NCBI GenBank assembly: GCA_026025795.1
Contig: JAPEUG010000125.1
Coordinates: forward strand, 1-40,624
Origin: Thelocarpon superellum
Taxonomy: Eukaryota
Reading direction: 5' to 3'
Length of the DNA stretch: 40,624 nt
Position 1 is the stretch's first letter. Each line of letters starts with the position of its first letter. Of this stretch, positions 20,701-31,195 are shown in pieces. Under the pieces are notes generated by a model, which did not search any database, had not been told where the DNA came from, and saw nothing but the letters and a program-made list of their open reading frames with translations. The translations under genes were made by a program, and so were the position numbers.

Positions 20701-21553
20701 CGACGGAGGGATGGGCGAGGAAGTGCTTGGCCTGGGCGCGGATGGCGATCTCGAGAGTGGAGATGCGCACGGCCAGAGGCTGGGGCGGCGGCTTGACCGA
20801 CGAGGCCCAGGTGACGCCGGGTCCAGCAGCGGGATCGGCGCCAGGAGTTAGGCCCTGCAGCGGGAAGAAGTCATACGAGAGGGCGTCGATGAGCTCCCGC
20901 GTGCTGTATTCTTTCAGCAGCTTGATGGCCAGCAGCTCGCAGACGAGGGAGCGGGTCTTGCTGGTGCCGCTGTTGGCCGCTTCCGTCAGGCTCTCCTTGA
21001 CGAACTGCAAGCCATTGGCCATGAGGGCGTAGAGGGTGGCCCGCGAGAAGTGGGAGCGACGGATCTGCAGCTGGATCGGCTTGACCAGGAACTGTGAGAC
21101 CTGCGGCGAGCGCAGCTGGTCCCACGTGAGGCTGGTATCGCAGCGGGCGATGACGAGCAGGCGGATGGCGTGGGTGAGGTGATAGACGGGGAGAGCGTCT
21201 AAGTGAGCGGCGGAGAACAGGGGGAGGAGCGGGGGCGTTTCATCATCCTCGTCGCCAGGCCCGCCTTCCTCCTCTTCCTCTCCTTCCGCTCCCTCCTCGG
21301 CGCCGCTGTCGACGCCGTGGTCAGCCCAGTCCTCGTCATCGATGCGAATGCCATCGCCCTCGTCGTCGTCGTCCGGGTCGACATCTGCATCGTCGCGGCC
21401 GTCATCGTCGGCCGACTGGTCGGCGGAGGAACGTGGGGGCACTACGCCCATTGACCGCGGCAGAAGCGGTGAGGACTCGTCGGCAAGGTGCGGATCGTCG
21501 CGCAGTGAAGGAAGGCGACGACGGCGTCTTGGCTGGAGCAAGGACGACAACAT
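17705..21553 (-). CDS. Fungal Yvc1-like (TRP-family) non-selective cation channel, ~1282 aa, apparently intronless
   Basis: Motifs LTWDQLRSPQVSQFLVKPI, CELLAIKLL, STLEIAIRAQAKHFL, LFKLSRLRVPRY and SFWNTFDLG; six or more hydrophobic helices; pore/S6 region GFTPAAW..LIVTILITVLTNSF; EHQFLFA..KSDALFSYVAPTN; long disordered C-tail. The ORF-track start at 21682 is GTG; the first ATG (MLSSLLQPRR) is 21553. Confidence 0.85.
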   Translation of the reverse strand: MLSSLLQPRRRRRLPSLRDDPHLADESSPLLPRSMGVVPPRSSADQSADDDGRDDADVDPDDDDEGDGIRIDDEDWADHGVDSGAEEGAEGEEEEEGGPGDEDDETPPLLPLFSAAHLDALPVYHLTHAIRLLVIARCDTSLTWDQLRSPQVSQFLVKPIQLQIRRSHFSRATLYALMANGLQFVKESLTEAANSGTSKTRSLVCELLAIKLLKEYSTRELIDALSYDFFPLQGLTPGADPAAGPGVTWASSVKPPPQPLAVRISTLEIAIRAQAKHFLAHPSVVQHLKAIWAGTIVFHSAADDLHRLAPRSRPTSATGHSSVDQTTATMASRDSSDKLHPVGAPHDPRPPPRVLVRRAVILYDPRDASLFKLSRLRVPRYRHTLSTASFSVLLALYLEVLIQRSLTISSLEVVFWIWSAGFMLDELVGFNEQGFSLYIMSFWNTFDLGILGLLICFYVLRLYGLLMPEAERTHLANLAYDVLAANAVLLFPRLFSILDHYRYFSQLLIAFRLMALDLVAVFVMIVIACSGFFVAFSLSFQQDGFTPPNVAYTLFQILLGFTPAAWNIWDDYNILGKTILTLFLFICHFLIVTILITVLTNSFMTIVANANEEHQFLFAVNTIAMVKSDALFSYVAPTNVIAWILAPLRYCMPFRQFVRINRTTIKITHFHVLWAIYAYERVVLRNMAFEPIDLVDERARQRHRLGAQLEQSRSLFSPRGRRRQESLVGYQKDQALDEVFRLPFKDTVRDTQKSQERRMTTNVVDHWMQGMGPEGRASPPAEQDRSVVDRLEARRLTMRRSNIHRRRMASGTRDLTDATRSVASDPAEFMSTGAGAPPTFARQETTESGQTPDPSPAGADGDDEMPTQDEEVSGLALPTSRRLFSDASRSDYFAGSTRPKLAPRLRPDRATSPRRAPPPAPIIPGDASSPVEVAVKKPGHARHLSTNTIIYNPRAGGGDSGARNARNAREESSASPPRQPAAGKRSPGRTNVGTPKSGGGRRSPGRISGTAVAKPRPILPARTQVLQSAPNLAGLMMLDPRPLHDRHSQLALDLASDLGDHMALPDKHHVLGAVPSSFATQMAWATAAARADPRTTGTGGEDARMMSRLMLARMKTLEEGFRDILEEVKGMRRDESHSRSRQGRGGDRRRDDTRTARRDWAPGRRTREGTGREWREAKTDRGKGKGKMRAGDGVQPELDPTAMPVSLPTSIPTSLSDQAGASPITLAASPGEPSSAVRHDQGDAEEQPKLAGDESAGKDVGVTWSDGGGGGGGGGGGGDRRG
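17721..17756. repeat. (CCA)12 microsatellite, encoding poly-Gly at the channel C-terminus on the minus strand
   Basis: Read directly. Confidence 0.95.
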
Positions 21554-23043
21554 GGTTGCCGAGCGTCGCCAGTGGCGCGCGGAGACAGCGCCCTGGCGGC
21601 GGAGACTGGTCAAGAAAGTCTCATGGGCGCGTGGGCATGGGGCGGACGCGTGGCAGCGTGCGCTATAAGAGGCGGACGCCACGGGAGGAGAACTGGGCGA
21701 CGCGACAGGCTATCGATCGACGGCGAGAGCAACGCATGGCGGCATTGGGCACTGGTGACGGTGCGGGTAATGACAATGACGATAATGACGGAATGGTTGC
21801 ACACAAGATAGAGGGAAGAAGGGTCACGAGGTCAGGTGTCCGACGTGCTTGTACACACAGGCGATACCTCCCGTGCTCGCCCTTGCCCCGTTACCTCCTG
21901 CTGCTGGAAGAGAAGCTGCCGGCCGCATCGTTATCGGGAAACTCTTTTTACCATCTTCCCGAAGCGAGCTCCGGGCTTGTTGATATGCAGTTCGCATCAG
22001 CCGATACGCGTCCAATGAGGCGCACGGCCGACAAGCGGGCTCGTACAGGTGTTGGCTGGCGCCATGTTCACCGCCACGTACCGAATACTACTACCAGTGC
22101 TGGTAGTATTCAGCATTCATACAGCGTACGAGCACGGGAATACCTCCCCTATCACATGACCTGCACGCCCCCTCGTCAACCGCGCAGTCAGACATCCCAC
22201 GTCCCCGCCTACGGTGACTGTCACACGCGCCGTCGTATTTCCGTCATCGCATCGCGGGCATATTGCTACCAGTACCCTGAACCCGCTTTTCTCTCATTCT
22301 TGGCAGTATGAGCACAAGTAGCACGTTTACAGCCAGTGTCGACATGGCACTCTTCGCTGTCTTTCGGCCTTGCGTAGATCACCTGTTGGGGGTACGGTCT
22401 CCTGTACTGGTATCGCCCAGGCTTCAGCTCTCCAGTCGACATTCTATAGTTCATTCTCCAGTACCGACTTCATGAAGTGGAAGTGCCCAAGTAATTCCGT
22501 ATCTCAGGCCCGGTAGCCTTCTTGCTCTCTGCTACCCTCTGCTCGACAACCCGGAGGCAGTGTGATGTGGCACTTTTAGGAGACGGCGGGTAGACTTTGT
22601 AGCGTAATTCTCAATGTATATGGAATTGGGTATGATAATGCGATGCTCCTCCCATGAAAATGATCAAAATCGGGAGTGCAAATGGACGAGAAGATGAACC
22701 CAGAAATGCTAGACCGTCGCTTTGTAATGCTCGCGTGCCACCGGTTCATATCCCATCCAGGTCATCCATGACCTTGACTTGTGAGATCCCAAATGCCATG
22801 CCATCCACGCCAGATGCTATGCCGCTACCTTCAATCACAGATACCCGTTTCCCGGCAAGAAAATGGGCGAAGGGGTCGAAAGCCCTTGTGAGTCCGCTTT
22901 CGTCGCTTCGCCACGGCGTCCTGGCGGCTCTGGACTTCACCGGACCACCACCTCTACCGCCCTGGAAGGAAAGAGAGGTGAGATGGCTCCCCTTGAAAAT
23001 ACCGTCCCCGAAGAAAAATGCGTTGGCCATTGGAAATTTGTAC

Positions 23044-24574
23044 TCAAAACTTTCCACCGGGAGAGCTGACGGCAACGCCAATCGACTTGGCAAAGCTTCG
23101 GCTGCTCGGTGACAGCACGGGCTGCGTCATCTGCTTGGGGTACGAGATGGTATAATCTCGAATACTCCCTCCGCTGTTGCGCTGAAATTGCTTTCGCGCG
23201 GATTCGACGTCGTCGTCGGCGGTGCGGAAGAACCGTGTGCCGATAAATGGCATCTTGCTCTTCTTGGGCTCGCTCAATGGGTAGTAAGTCCCAATGTCCA
23301 TCCGCGAGTGAGCACCCTCGCGCGAGTTGGACGGCGGAAAGGTGGGCGACGCGTTCTTCGACCGGTCCGAGCCCACAATCGATGGAGGCAGGATGGACGG
23401 CAGGAATCGCTGCACCAACGGCTTGATGGCCGGGAGCGAGCCGCAGATGATACCGACATTGCCCTCCATGAGACTTGAGACGGTTAGCTTCGGAGGTTCA
23501 TGTAGGCAACGCGACCGGAGGGAACGTACGAGGCAATATCCCACTTCACCCAGGTCCATGTAATGTCCTTCTCGCCCGAGATGCTGATGGTCGCTTGCAA
23601 GCGGACGATGCTCACCACGCAGACACTAGGACGAGTTAGCCTGAAGTCCGTATGATCACCCTCATCATGCACGTACAATGCGCCCGCCAGAAAGACCATC
23701 AAGAGTCCAACCTTGGCTCGTGGCGCCATCCGAAGCCCCCACACTAGTGGCAAGGGCAAGAGAAAGATGGCAAAGTCCGTGATGACATTCATCACGGCGG
23801 AGAAGATGGCCAGGTTCTGGATCTGCATGCAGTGCCCCGGCACCGCCGGGTTCCATGCCTTCTCCACTGGGGCGCACTGAAAGATGGCCACTCCAATCGA
23901 CGATAGGAGGTAGCCCATCACTACGAAGATCAATCCATAGCTGAGGTAGATGAATAGTCGGTGGACCTGGAAGAGTCGAAGATATAGGAAGAGGATGGAG
24001 AGCTTGGCGAATAACAGCACGAAGCCATATAAGATGGCCGTTGCCAAGATGTACTGCACCGAGTTAGACCCCATCGTTCCCTCGTCACGGCGCCTCCACT
24101 GACCTGGAGCAGGTATGGAACAAACGAGGTAAGAGGGACATCCCAGAGATGTCGCGTGAAGCCAAATTGGATTCCTACCAAATACTGGTCAGCCGCGGTC
24201 GTTCGACATGAGACCTGATTCGTCACTCACGGACTATCAGACTGATCGAGTAGGCGATTGACGTCACCTTGGCCTGTGTTAGCGGGCGAAGGGGGGGAGG
24301 ACCAGTGGTCATACCATGGCAGCGCAGGAAAAGTCTGGAGGCTATCAGCAGAGCTCCATCACCTCGAGACATCGCACTCACAATCGTCCCATCCAATGCT
24401 GCGCGTCATCGACTTGGAGGCCATCCGCATCGCCACGAAGAGCAGCGCGAAAAACGGGCAAAGGACACTGGCGATGATCTCCACCTTGGCCTGTGTAACA
24501 GGATGGTCAAAGTTCGACGTCACCCCCGCCGGCGGCTGCATCGCCGGCTGCGACGTGGTGATGAGCGCGGACAT
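23044..24574 (-). CDS. PTH11-like fungal rhodopsin-domain integral membrane protein (no CFEM domain), ~407 aa, 7 exons
   Basis: Exons 24574-24382, 24334-24315, 24267-24231, 24174-24104, 24053-23677, 23625-23530 and 23473-23044 total 408 codons. Motifs: PPAGVTSNFDHP, GWDDY, FGFTRHLWDV, AKLSILFLYLRLF, FQCAPVEKAW, NVITDFAIFLLPLP, CVVSIVRL, EGNVGIICGSLPAIKPL. Confidence 0.9.
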
Positions 24575-25747
24575 GGTGGCGGTGGTCGAGCGACCACAGA
24601 CAGAATCTCGTCAAGAACGGGATCGCTTCGTGCCAACGAAGCGGATTCGAGACGGACGGGGACGAGGAGATGGAGAGAGGGAAAGAGGGAACGAGGGAAC
24701 GAGAGGGTAACGAGTGAACGACAAAGGGAAGAGATGGAGGCGAGAAAGTGGACGAAGTCGGTGGCGAGAAGGATGACTTGTATGGCGCACACGGACGTTC
24801 TAGTCTCGCTGAAGCGCATGGTTCACGATGACGCCCTGGGAAGCCCATGGCTCATGCACCCAGGGCCGAGCAGGCTAATCTTATGCCTCGCCCGGAGCTG
24901 TGCGTTTCGACCTATGGCACCACGATACATGGCATGACGCATGAAGGATCTGGGGACGCTATTACCCTTACGAGCAGCTGAGCGACAGCCTGCCGGAATG
25001 ACGTGAATAGTACCACATTGCCGAGGAGGGAGGCCCGTTGGCGGACGCCGACAGGTGCGGAGGCGAGGGAGAGCAGCACCTGCACACAGTGGGGAGGGTC
25101 TTCGACGTCGTCGACCGTCGTCGTCGACCGCCGTCGTGGCAGCCGTGGTCGAGAGGCGGAACGGTTGAGGTTCGCCTACCCGTTCGCCAGCTTCACCACC
25201 GCCCGACCAGACTGGCGACCGGCAACTAGCAGTCCCCTCTCCGACGTCCGCAGCTGACACTGCTTGGAGTGTCGTTTCCCCACTTATCCCTCTAGGCACC
25301 CTCCATAGGCCGACAGCTGAGACAGCAAAGTCGGCGGCCGGAGTTGCATGGACATGCAGAGGATATAGTAGGAGCAATCTAACATTAACATAACATACCA
25401 AGGTGCCCGTAGTCGGCGTGGACAGGTCGCTTGACCTCGCGTCGAGCGGACTGGTGCACACGGGCACACGGCGTTTCAGCAACGCCCCACCCTCGGGTCC
25501 ACGCCTCCCCCTGCCCCTGCCTCCGCCACCGCGGTCAGGCTGCCGAACTTCAGGCATTCATGCACCATCCAAACCATACCGTTCTCCTCCTCAGCTCCGC
25601 CAGACACGGGCATCGGTCGCTGCCGGTGTCGTTCTATCAACACCTGTGACCTGCCGGGAAGCTCTACTCGACGACATATAGCTCCGTCGCCATTGAGTTT
25701 CATTCGTTCGTTTCGTCATGAGCTCATTCTCGGTGCACATTTCTAGC

Positions 25748-28432
25748 TCAGGCGTCATCCTCCATGTTCAGATCGACCAGGTCGAATGATTCCTCGTCGC
25801 CTCCGTCCCAGTCTTCGTCACTCAGCGATGTGTTGGCCACGTCGTCCCTCTCCTCGTCCTTGTCCTCGTCCTCGCCCGTAGCCGCAGCCCGTCCCTTGCC
25901 CTTTCCTGCCTCCTCTCCCTTCGTTTTCCCCGGGCCCGTCGCGGCATGATCATCTTGAACGGACACGACCCGTGCGCAGAGACTGAGGTCATGTGACGCT
26001 TCTGATACCACTTGTCGCCGATGCATCTGGTCGCGGTGTCCGTCATGAACAACGAGCGAGGGGTCCAAGGAGCTCATGGTGTCATGACTCGGAACAATGG
26101 AGTAGTCACTTCCTGCTACGCCGCTCATCCTCGTCTGAGCCGTGGGTTCCAGGCCGCTCGGCCCCGCTTCGGCATCCGGAACGGACGGGCCGAACACGCC
26201 TCCGCTTCCATCGTCATCACCACCAGCCCAGAGGGGTAGATATTTGAACTCGTCATCCCCCAGACAGGTGAGCGTTTCTGTCGACATCATGTCGAATGAG
26301 ACGGGCTGCACCAGCATTTGATTCGCCACGTCCTGGATATGTTGACTGGCCTGTAACATAAAGATCTCCACGTCGAAGTAGTCCTTCGAGGCCGCGCGCA
26401 CGGCGGAGGTGTCCGCTTTCCCCCCGGGGCTAGGGGGTTGCGCCACCTCCGGGCCCTGGTCAGCTTTCAATCGTAAGGGCAATTGGATGACGGGGGATTC
26501 CATGGTATCCGCAGCGTCGTCGTTGCTCTTAGCCGTCGTTGAGAGATCTCTCATAGCCACTAGCCGCGCTCGTGCCTGGTTGAAGCGACCGCAGGTCTCT
26601 ACCACTTCCACATTGGAGAGCGGTTCCAGGCCTGTGCTGAGGCCTACGCGGCTACCGCCCTTCGACTTCCCATCGGCGAGATTCCGCAGCCGAGTCCAGA
26701 AGGCTTTCGTGAAGAGACGCTCGCGGCGCGTCAGACGGCCATAGGTGGTCTGCTTGGCGCCATATGGCAATGGCTCGGTACCAGCGTACGCGCCTCGGAC
26801 AGAGTCATCCTCGACATTCTGCCCCTCCACCACGGAAGGTTGCTGCTCGTCCTCGAGTCGACGCAGCAGGAAGTTCTGGAGAGCTTCGCGGACGCCCTTC
26901 GCCGCCGGATGTGCCGTCTCAAAATACCTCTCCACGGTAGAGATCTTATGATACTCGGGGAGCTGCTGAAACCATGTCGTTGGCTCTTCGACGAGGCCTG
27001 CCCAAGCCAATGTCACCCGATCTGCAAGGCTCTTGCTGGCGTATTCAACGCGCGTCTGGAATTCTTCACCCAGGTCCTCCCTCCGTCGGCCGTAGGCAGT
27101 GGTGCGCGGATCCGTGATCCCCCTGTCGTGCGCCATCATCCATGCCAGAGCACCCTCCCCGACGAGGATCGCAAAGGCATCGCGGCAGAGATCGTAGCTG
27201 CAGAGGCCCTCTGCTAGCTTCGCGCTCAGTTCGGGCAGAGTCTCGATGAAGGCCGTGTTCTCTGGCGTGTAGATCCACGGCAAGATCCAGTCGACCACGC
27301 TGCCAACGGAATCAAAGTACTTGGCTAAGCCGAATAGGGTCCACATCTTGGGCGCCGAGTCTATGCCAGGGTCTAATCCTTCGATTGCGTGCAGCAGACG
27401 CTCAATGCCCGCACGATGACGGGTCGTGGTGTAGTCTAGGATGCTCGCTTGTTCTGGCTTCGCCACTGGCTTCTCCGCCGGCTTCGACGGACGCTCGAGC
27501 CGCGGCGAACCGGTTGCTCGCTGCTGAGTTGGGAACAACTCGTCTTTTTGGCAGTCATCAAATCGGACGATGACAGGCTGCGGGGATGCCGGGCTGGTGC
27601 CCAGAGGCGACTCGAATGCGTCGGCCTGTTTCGCCTTATCGACAATATGGAAGCCGTGGGCAGGTCCGAGGCACAGTGAGTCTTCGTTGCCGCCGACCAA
27701 ACGGGCTGGAGCCCCGAAACGATGGGCCGCGAGGTGCCATTCTCGAACGCCGCGGGAGCAGGACAGGGAGCTGGTTAGCTCGACCGCTTCATCGCCCTCC
27801 TCCGGTGGCGTTAGGTCGAGGACAAATCTGATACCATCAGGAAGTGGCACACATCGACGCCACCGGGCGATACGATATTGTCGCGTGGGGCTGAGGAGAT
27901 CGCGAAAGACGGATGAGTCCGCAGCAAGGAGTTTAGCACTGTGGACGCGGAGCGGGGCATCGTGGCGAGAGTAATCCTGCTGAAAGCTCCATTCAGCAAC
28001 CTTGACTGGCTTCACAGGGTCGATGAAGACTAGGGTATCGGCGTCCTCGAAGTCGAGAAAGGGGAGGCCGGCGCGAACGGATTGTTCGGCATCATGAACT
28101 GTGGCCCACTCGTTTTCGCGGAAGGCCGCTGGGACACTGGCCGAGGAAGTGTCGGACTCGGGCTGAGATGCTGAACTCGGCCTCAAAGCTTCACCCATGT
28201 CTCTCTTTTCACGATGCAGACGTTCCCTCCACTCTGCGAACGCGTCCGGACGATGAATGACAGGGCTGGATAATGAGTGAGCACGCTCAGTACTGGTGGA
28301 AGAGTCGCTCGAGCTGCATTCTTCTGGATCGAAAAGGCTCACGGTCTTCTGGGGGGTTATCATATCTGTTGCTTGAGATTCAGGCCCTGGCGACGTCTCC
28401 TCAGGCTGCTTGGTGTGGAGCCCGACGTCCAT
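25748..28432 (-). CDS. Uncharacterised fungal protein, ~894 aa, single exon; possible BTB-like segment
   Basis: Long ORF with structured-looking blocks (FVLDLTPPEEGDEA, RHRAGIERLLHAIEGLDP.IDSAPKMWT, FIETLPE, LTCL..DEFKYLPLWAGGDDDGSGGVF) and an acidic tail. The ORF-track start at 28474 is GTG; the first in-frame ATG is 28432. No function recognised. Confidence 0.8.
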   Translation of the reverse strand: MDVGLHTKQPEETSPGPESQATDMITPQKTVSLFDPEECSSSDSSTSTERAHSLSSPVIHRPDAFAEWRERLHREKRDMGEALRPSSASQPESDTSSASVPAAFRENEWATVHDAEQSVRAGLPFLDFEDADTLVFIDPVKPVKVAEWSFQQDYSRHDAPLRVHSAKLLAADSSVFRDLLSPTRQYRIARWRRCVPLPDGIRFVLDLTPPEEGDEAVELTSSLSCSRGVREWHLAAHRFGAPARLVGGNEDSLCLGPAHGFHIVDKAKQADAFESPLGTSPASPQPVIVRFDDCQKDELFPTQQRATGSPRLERPSKPAEKPVAKPEQASILDYTTTRHRAGIERLLHAIEGLDPGIDSAPKMWTLFGLAKYFDSVGSVVDWILPWIYTPENTAFIETLPELSAKLAEGLCSYDLCRDAFAILVGEGALAWMMAHDRGITDPRTTAYGRRREDLGEEFQTRVEYASKSLADRVTLAWAGLVEEPTTWFQQLPEYHKISTVERYFETAHPAAKGVREALQNFLLRRLEDEQQPSVVEGQNVEDDSVRGAYAGTEPLPYGAKQTTYGRLTRRERLFTKAFWTRLRNLADGKSKGGSRVGLSTGLEPLSNVEVVETCGRFNQARARLVAMRDLSTTAKSNDDAADTMESPVIQLPLRLKADQGPEVAQPPSPGGKADTSAVRAASKDYFDVEIFMLQASQHIQDVANQMLVQPVSFDMMSTETLTCLGDDEFKYLPLWAGGDDDGSGGVFGPSVPDAEAGPSGLEPTAQTRMSGVAGSDYSIVPSHDTMSSLDPSLVVHDGHRDQMHRRQVVSEASHDLSLCARVVSVQDDHAATGPGKTKGEEAGKGKGRAAATGEDEDKDEERDDVANTSLSDEDWDGGDEESFDLVDLNMEDDA

Positions 28433-30278
28433 TGTCGGGAAGCGTGAAATCCGTTGCAGTGGCGAAAAAGACACTCAGGAGATGGTCGCCATGCTCAGAT
28501 GGAGTTCAAACGCCGGCAGGTGACGCAGAAATGGAAAAGCGGGACTGAGCAAATGGTGGGAAAGGCGTAGGACGGCTGAGCGTGAATGGATGGCCGGTCC
28601 ATTGATTTCGCCGATTCTCGACCAAAAGGCATAAGGCCAGGTTAGAGCCGAGAATGTGTCGTTACGAGACAGAACAAGACGTGACGCGTGAATGGGAAGG
28701 GCAAAGAAAGGGCAATCATGTTTGGGACAAACATGTCCAGATACGGCTGATGCCTAGGATGACATCTAGTTGAGTAGCTGAGAATACAAACCACAACAGC
28801 GCGGCAGCTGCAGTACCGATTGACGGGATTACCGCTTCAAGCTTGACTCACCCACCGGCGCGGAAGCTACCTGCTTTTTGGGGAATCCTCTTGCACCCGC
28901 CAATACCTAGGGCCTCGGGCCATGCCGCAAGTCGCCGTTCGTATGTCTCAACCGGTTTGTGCTGTCCGCGGTACAACCGCTTTCCCGCCGCATCCATCCC
29001 CGTAAATATGTCAATTCGGAACGGCTACAATCCTCCGGCCACTGCATCCATGTGCTCTCCCTCCCCAGGAAAGGGCAGCACACCGGAGTTCTTCCCACCA
29101 TACTATCGCTGCGGCTATTCGTGGTCCCTGGGCTGGGTGTAGTGGCCGCCTTGCCCCGTATCGAACGGGAGGTTACGGCGTACTGCGTGCTCCTTAGCGA
29201 GAGAACGAGTACAAATGGAAGGATAAATTTGGCGGGCACGGTGGGGAACTCTGGACGCGAGGGGTGCTTCCTCGGCCAGGTCCGAGGTCGCGTGCCCGGA
29301 GCTCTCCCCGATTACGTCGTGATCCGCCCGCCACCGTGCTAGGCTCGGCTGCTTCTCAACATTCCTCCTTCATGTTGTGGAGAGACCTCTCCACCACTCT
29401 TCTCCACGCCCTCCCCTTCCTTTAGTGCTTGCCCGGCGCATTTCATCTTCCATGCAACGGTAGGATGAATAGCTATCCCAAGTAAGTGCTCAGGCGAATG
29501 TCGCGACGAGTTTCCATCTGGTCCGTGCAAATCACTGATTGTTGCACCCCTCCGCAGCCGTCGAGTCTTGCCGCTCTTCGTGGTCTTCACTATGGCCGGG
29601 GTCTATTTTGGTCTGAAGCGGAGAACGGTCATGTTGAAACGGCAAGCTTCCACAGCTGACGCCAACGGCTATGCCGTCGAGACACATCGATCCGGTACCA
29701 TCCTACCTACCAGGTCGATGAGTCCACGCCAGGACTGATCATACTCTAGGCGGGGGGGTATGACGATCGCCAGCAGGCCCAATCATCTCAGGCAGCGTTT
29801 TGCCCGCTCCGGCATGTGGGGGGAATCTACGCGGCGGCCACTTTGTTCTTGGAGTGAAATGCGGGTGCTGGCGGCTGTAATGATTGTCAAGACCTTGTTC
29901 ACGTTACGGCGTTCAGATTTGGCGCGTTCTAGCAGACACAAGCAATGGTCATGAGACGAAAAGCATACAATCTTTGAATCTCCTATGTTCCGATCCAGAT
30001 CATCCCGGTAGTCTTAGAATCAGGGAGGATTCCGTCAGACATTGGGGCCGGGTAGTCCACCCGAGGAGCGTCAGGTGTGCTTATGTCAGCATCCGGCCGG
30101 AAGTAGCCTCGACCGGCAGTCGCCGCGACTGCTCGCAGCAACCGCATCATCTCAAGTACCCGTCGTAGATGCCTTGACACTCGCGCTCATCGCATCCCAA
30201 ACCTCACCATCGCCCCAGACCTGGTTCATCCACGCAACAGCTTGAAGATCGCTCTCGGGCGACGGGGCCGCTGTAGCC

Positions 30279-31195
30279 ATGGCGTCGTCATCATCCGCAT
30301 CCGCCACTCCGCTACTATAGTGAGTGACCGTGACGTCTCGTTGAGATGGCTACTGACGCAGGTCCCAGTTCCTGCATCGCGTACCGCACAACCATCCTGA
30401 CGGAGCACACCACCTCCCCGGCTTCCGGAACTTCGTCGCTTGCGTCGCTCATCTTGCCCAAGATCAGCCACGAGTCGGCGCAAAAGCTCACGTACACCCA
30501 CAACCAAAATTTCGTCCACTACATCGCCGACGCTCCGTCCGACCACCCGGGAGCCGACCCATCCGCTGGGGGTCTCACGTACCTCGTCGTCGCACGGTCA
30601 GATATTGGCCGACGCATCCCATTTGGGTACTTATTCGAGATCAAGAAGCGCTTCCTCGCCGCCTACGACCCACATCACACGGATTTCTCTGGTCTTCCCC
30701 CCTACGGCGCCGCCAACTTCAGCAGCCAGCTGAAGTCGCTCATGGTGGACTACGGCACAACGCAAGACGGCAAGGAGAATGCGATCGGGAACGTGCAGAA
30801 TGAGATCGAAAACGTGCGGGGCATCATGACGGAGAACATCGAGCGGGTCTTGGAGCGGGGCGAGCGGATGGACCTGCTGATCGACAAGACGGATCGACTC
30901 GGCGGGAGCGCGCATGACTTTCGCGTGCGGAGCCGGAGTCTACGGCGGACGATGTGGTGGAAGAACATCAAGGTACGCCATCACCATGCTGGAGCTGATC
31001 CAGTCTACACTGTCTATGGAGGATGTACTCACTCGTGACAGCTTATGGTGCTCTTGGTCGTGGTGGTGATATTCCTCATTTACCTGTTTGTCGGCTTTGG
31101 CTGTGGTCTACCCGGTATGTACTCCGTCCTCATGCTCCTTGACCTTCAAACTACGGCTCACTGTTGCCCTAGCATGGTCCAAGTGCGTCGGTTAG
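30279..31195 (+). CDS. NYV1: Longin-domain R-SNARE (VAMP7/Nyv1-like synaptobrevin), ~246 aa, 4 exons
   Basis: Exons 30279-30319, 30369-30972, 31042-31114 and 31173-31195 total 247 codons. Longin PLLYSCIA..GRRIPFGYL; SNARE motif VRGIMTENIERVLERGERMDLLIDKTDRL; MWWKNIK, then a transmembrane anchor and GCGLPAWSKCVG*. Confidence 0.93.

Noticed and set aside
24823..25700. 244-aa minus-strand ORF and a GTATGT donor-like site near 25398
   Set aside because: Low-complexity GC-rich translation with no family features; at most UTR splicing, which cannot be shown without transcripts.
28500..30270. Short ORFs in the 1.8-kb divergent intergenic region
   Set aside because: No recognisable motifs and no consistent splice model; several start at non-ATG codons.
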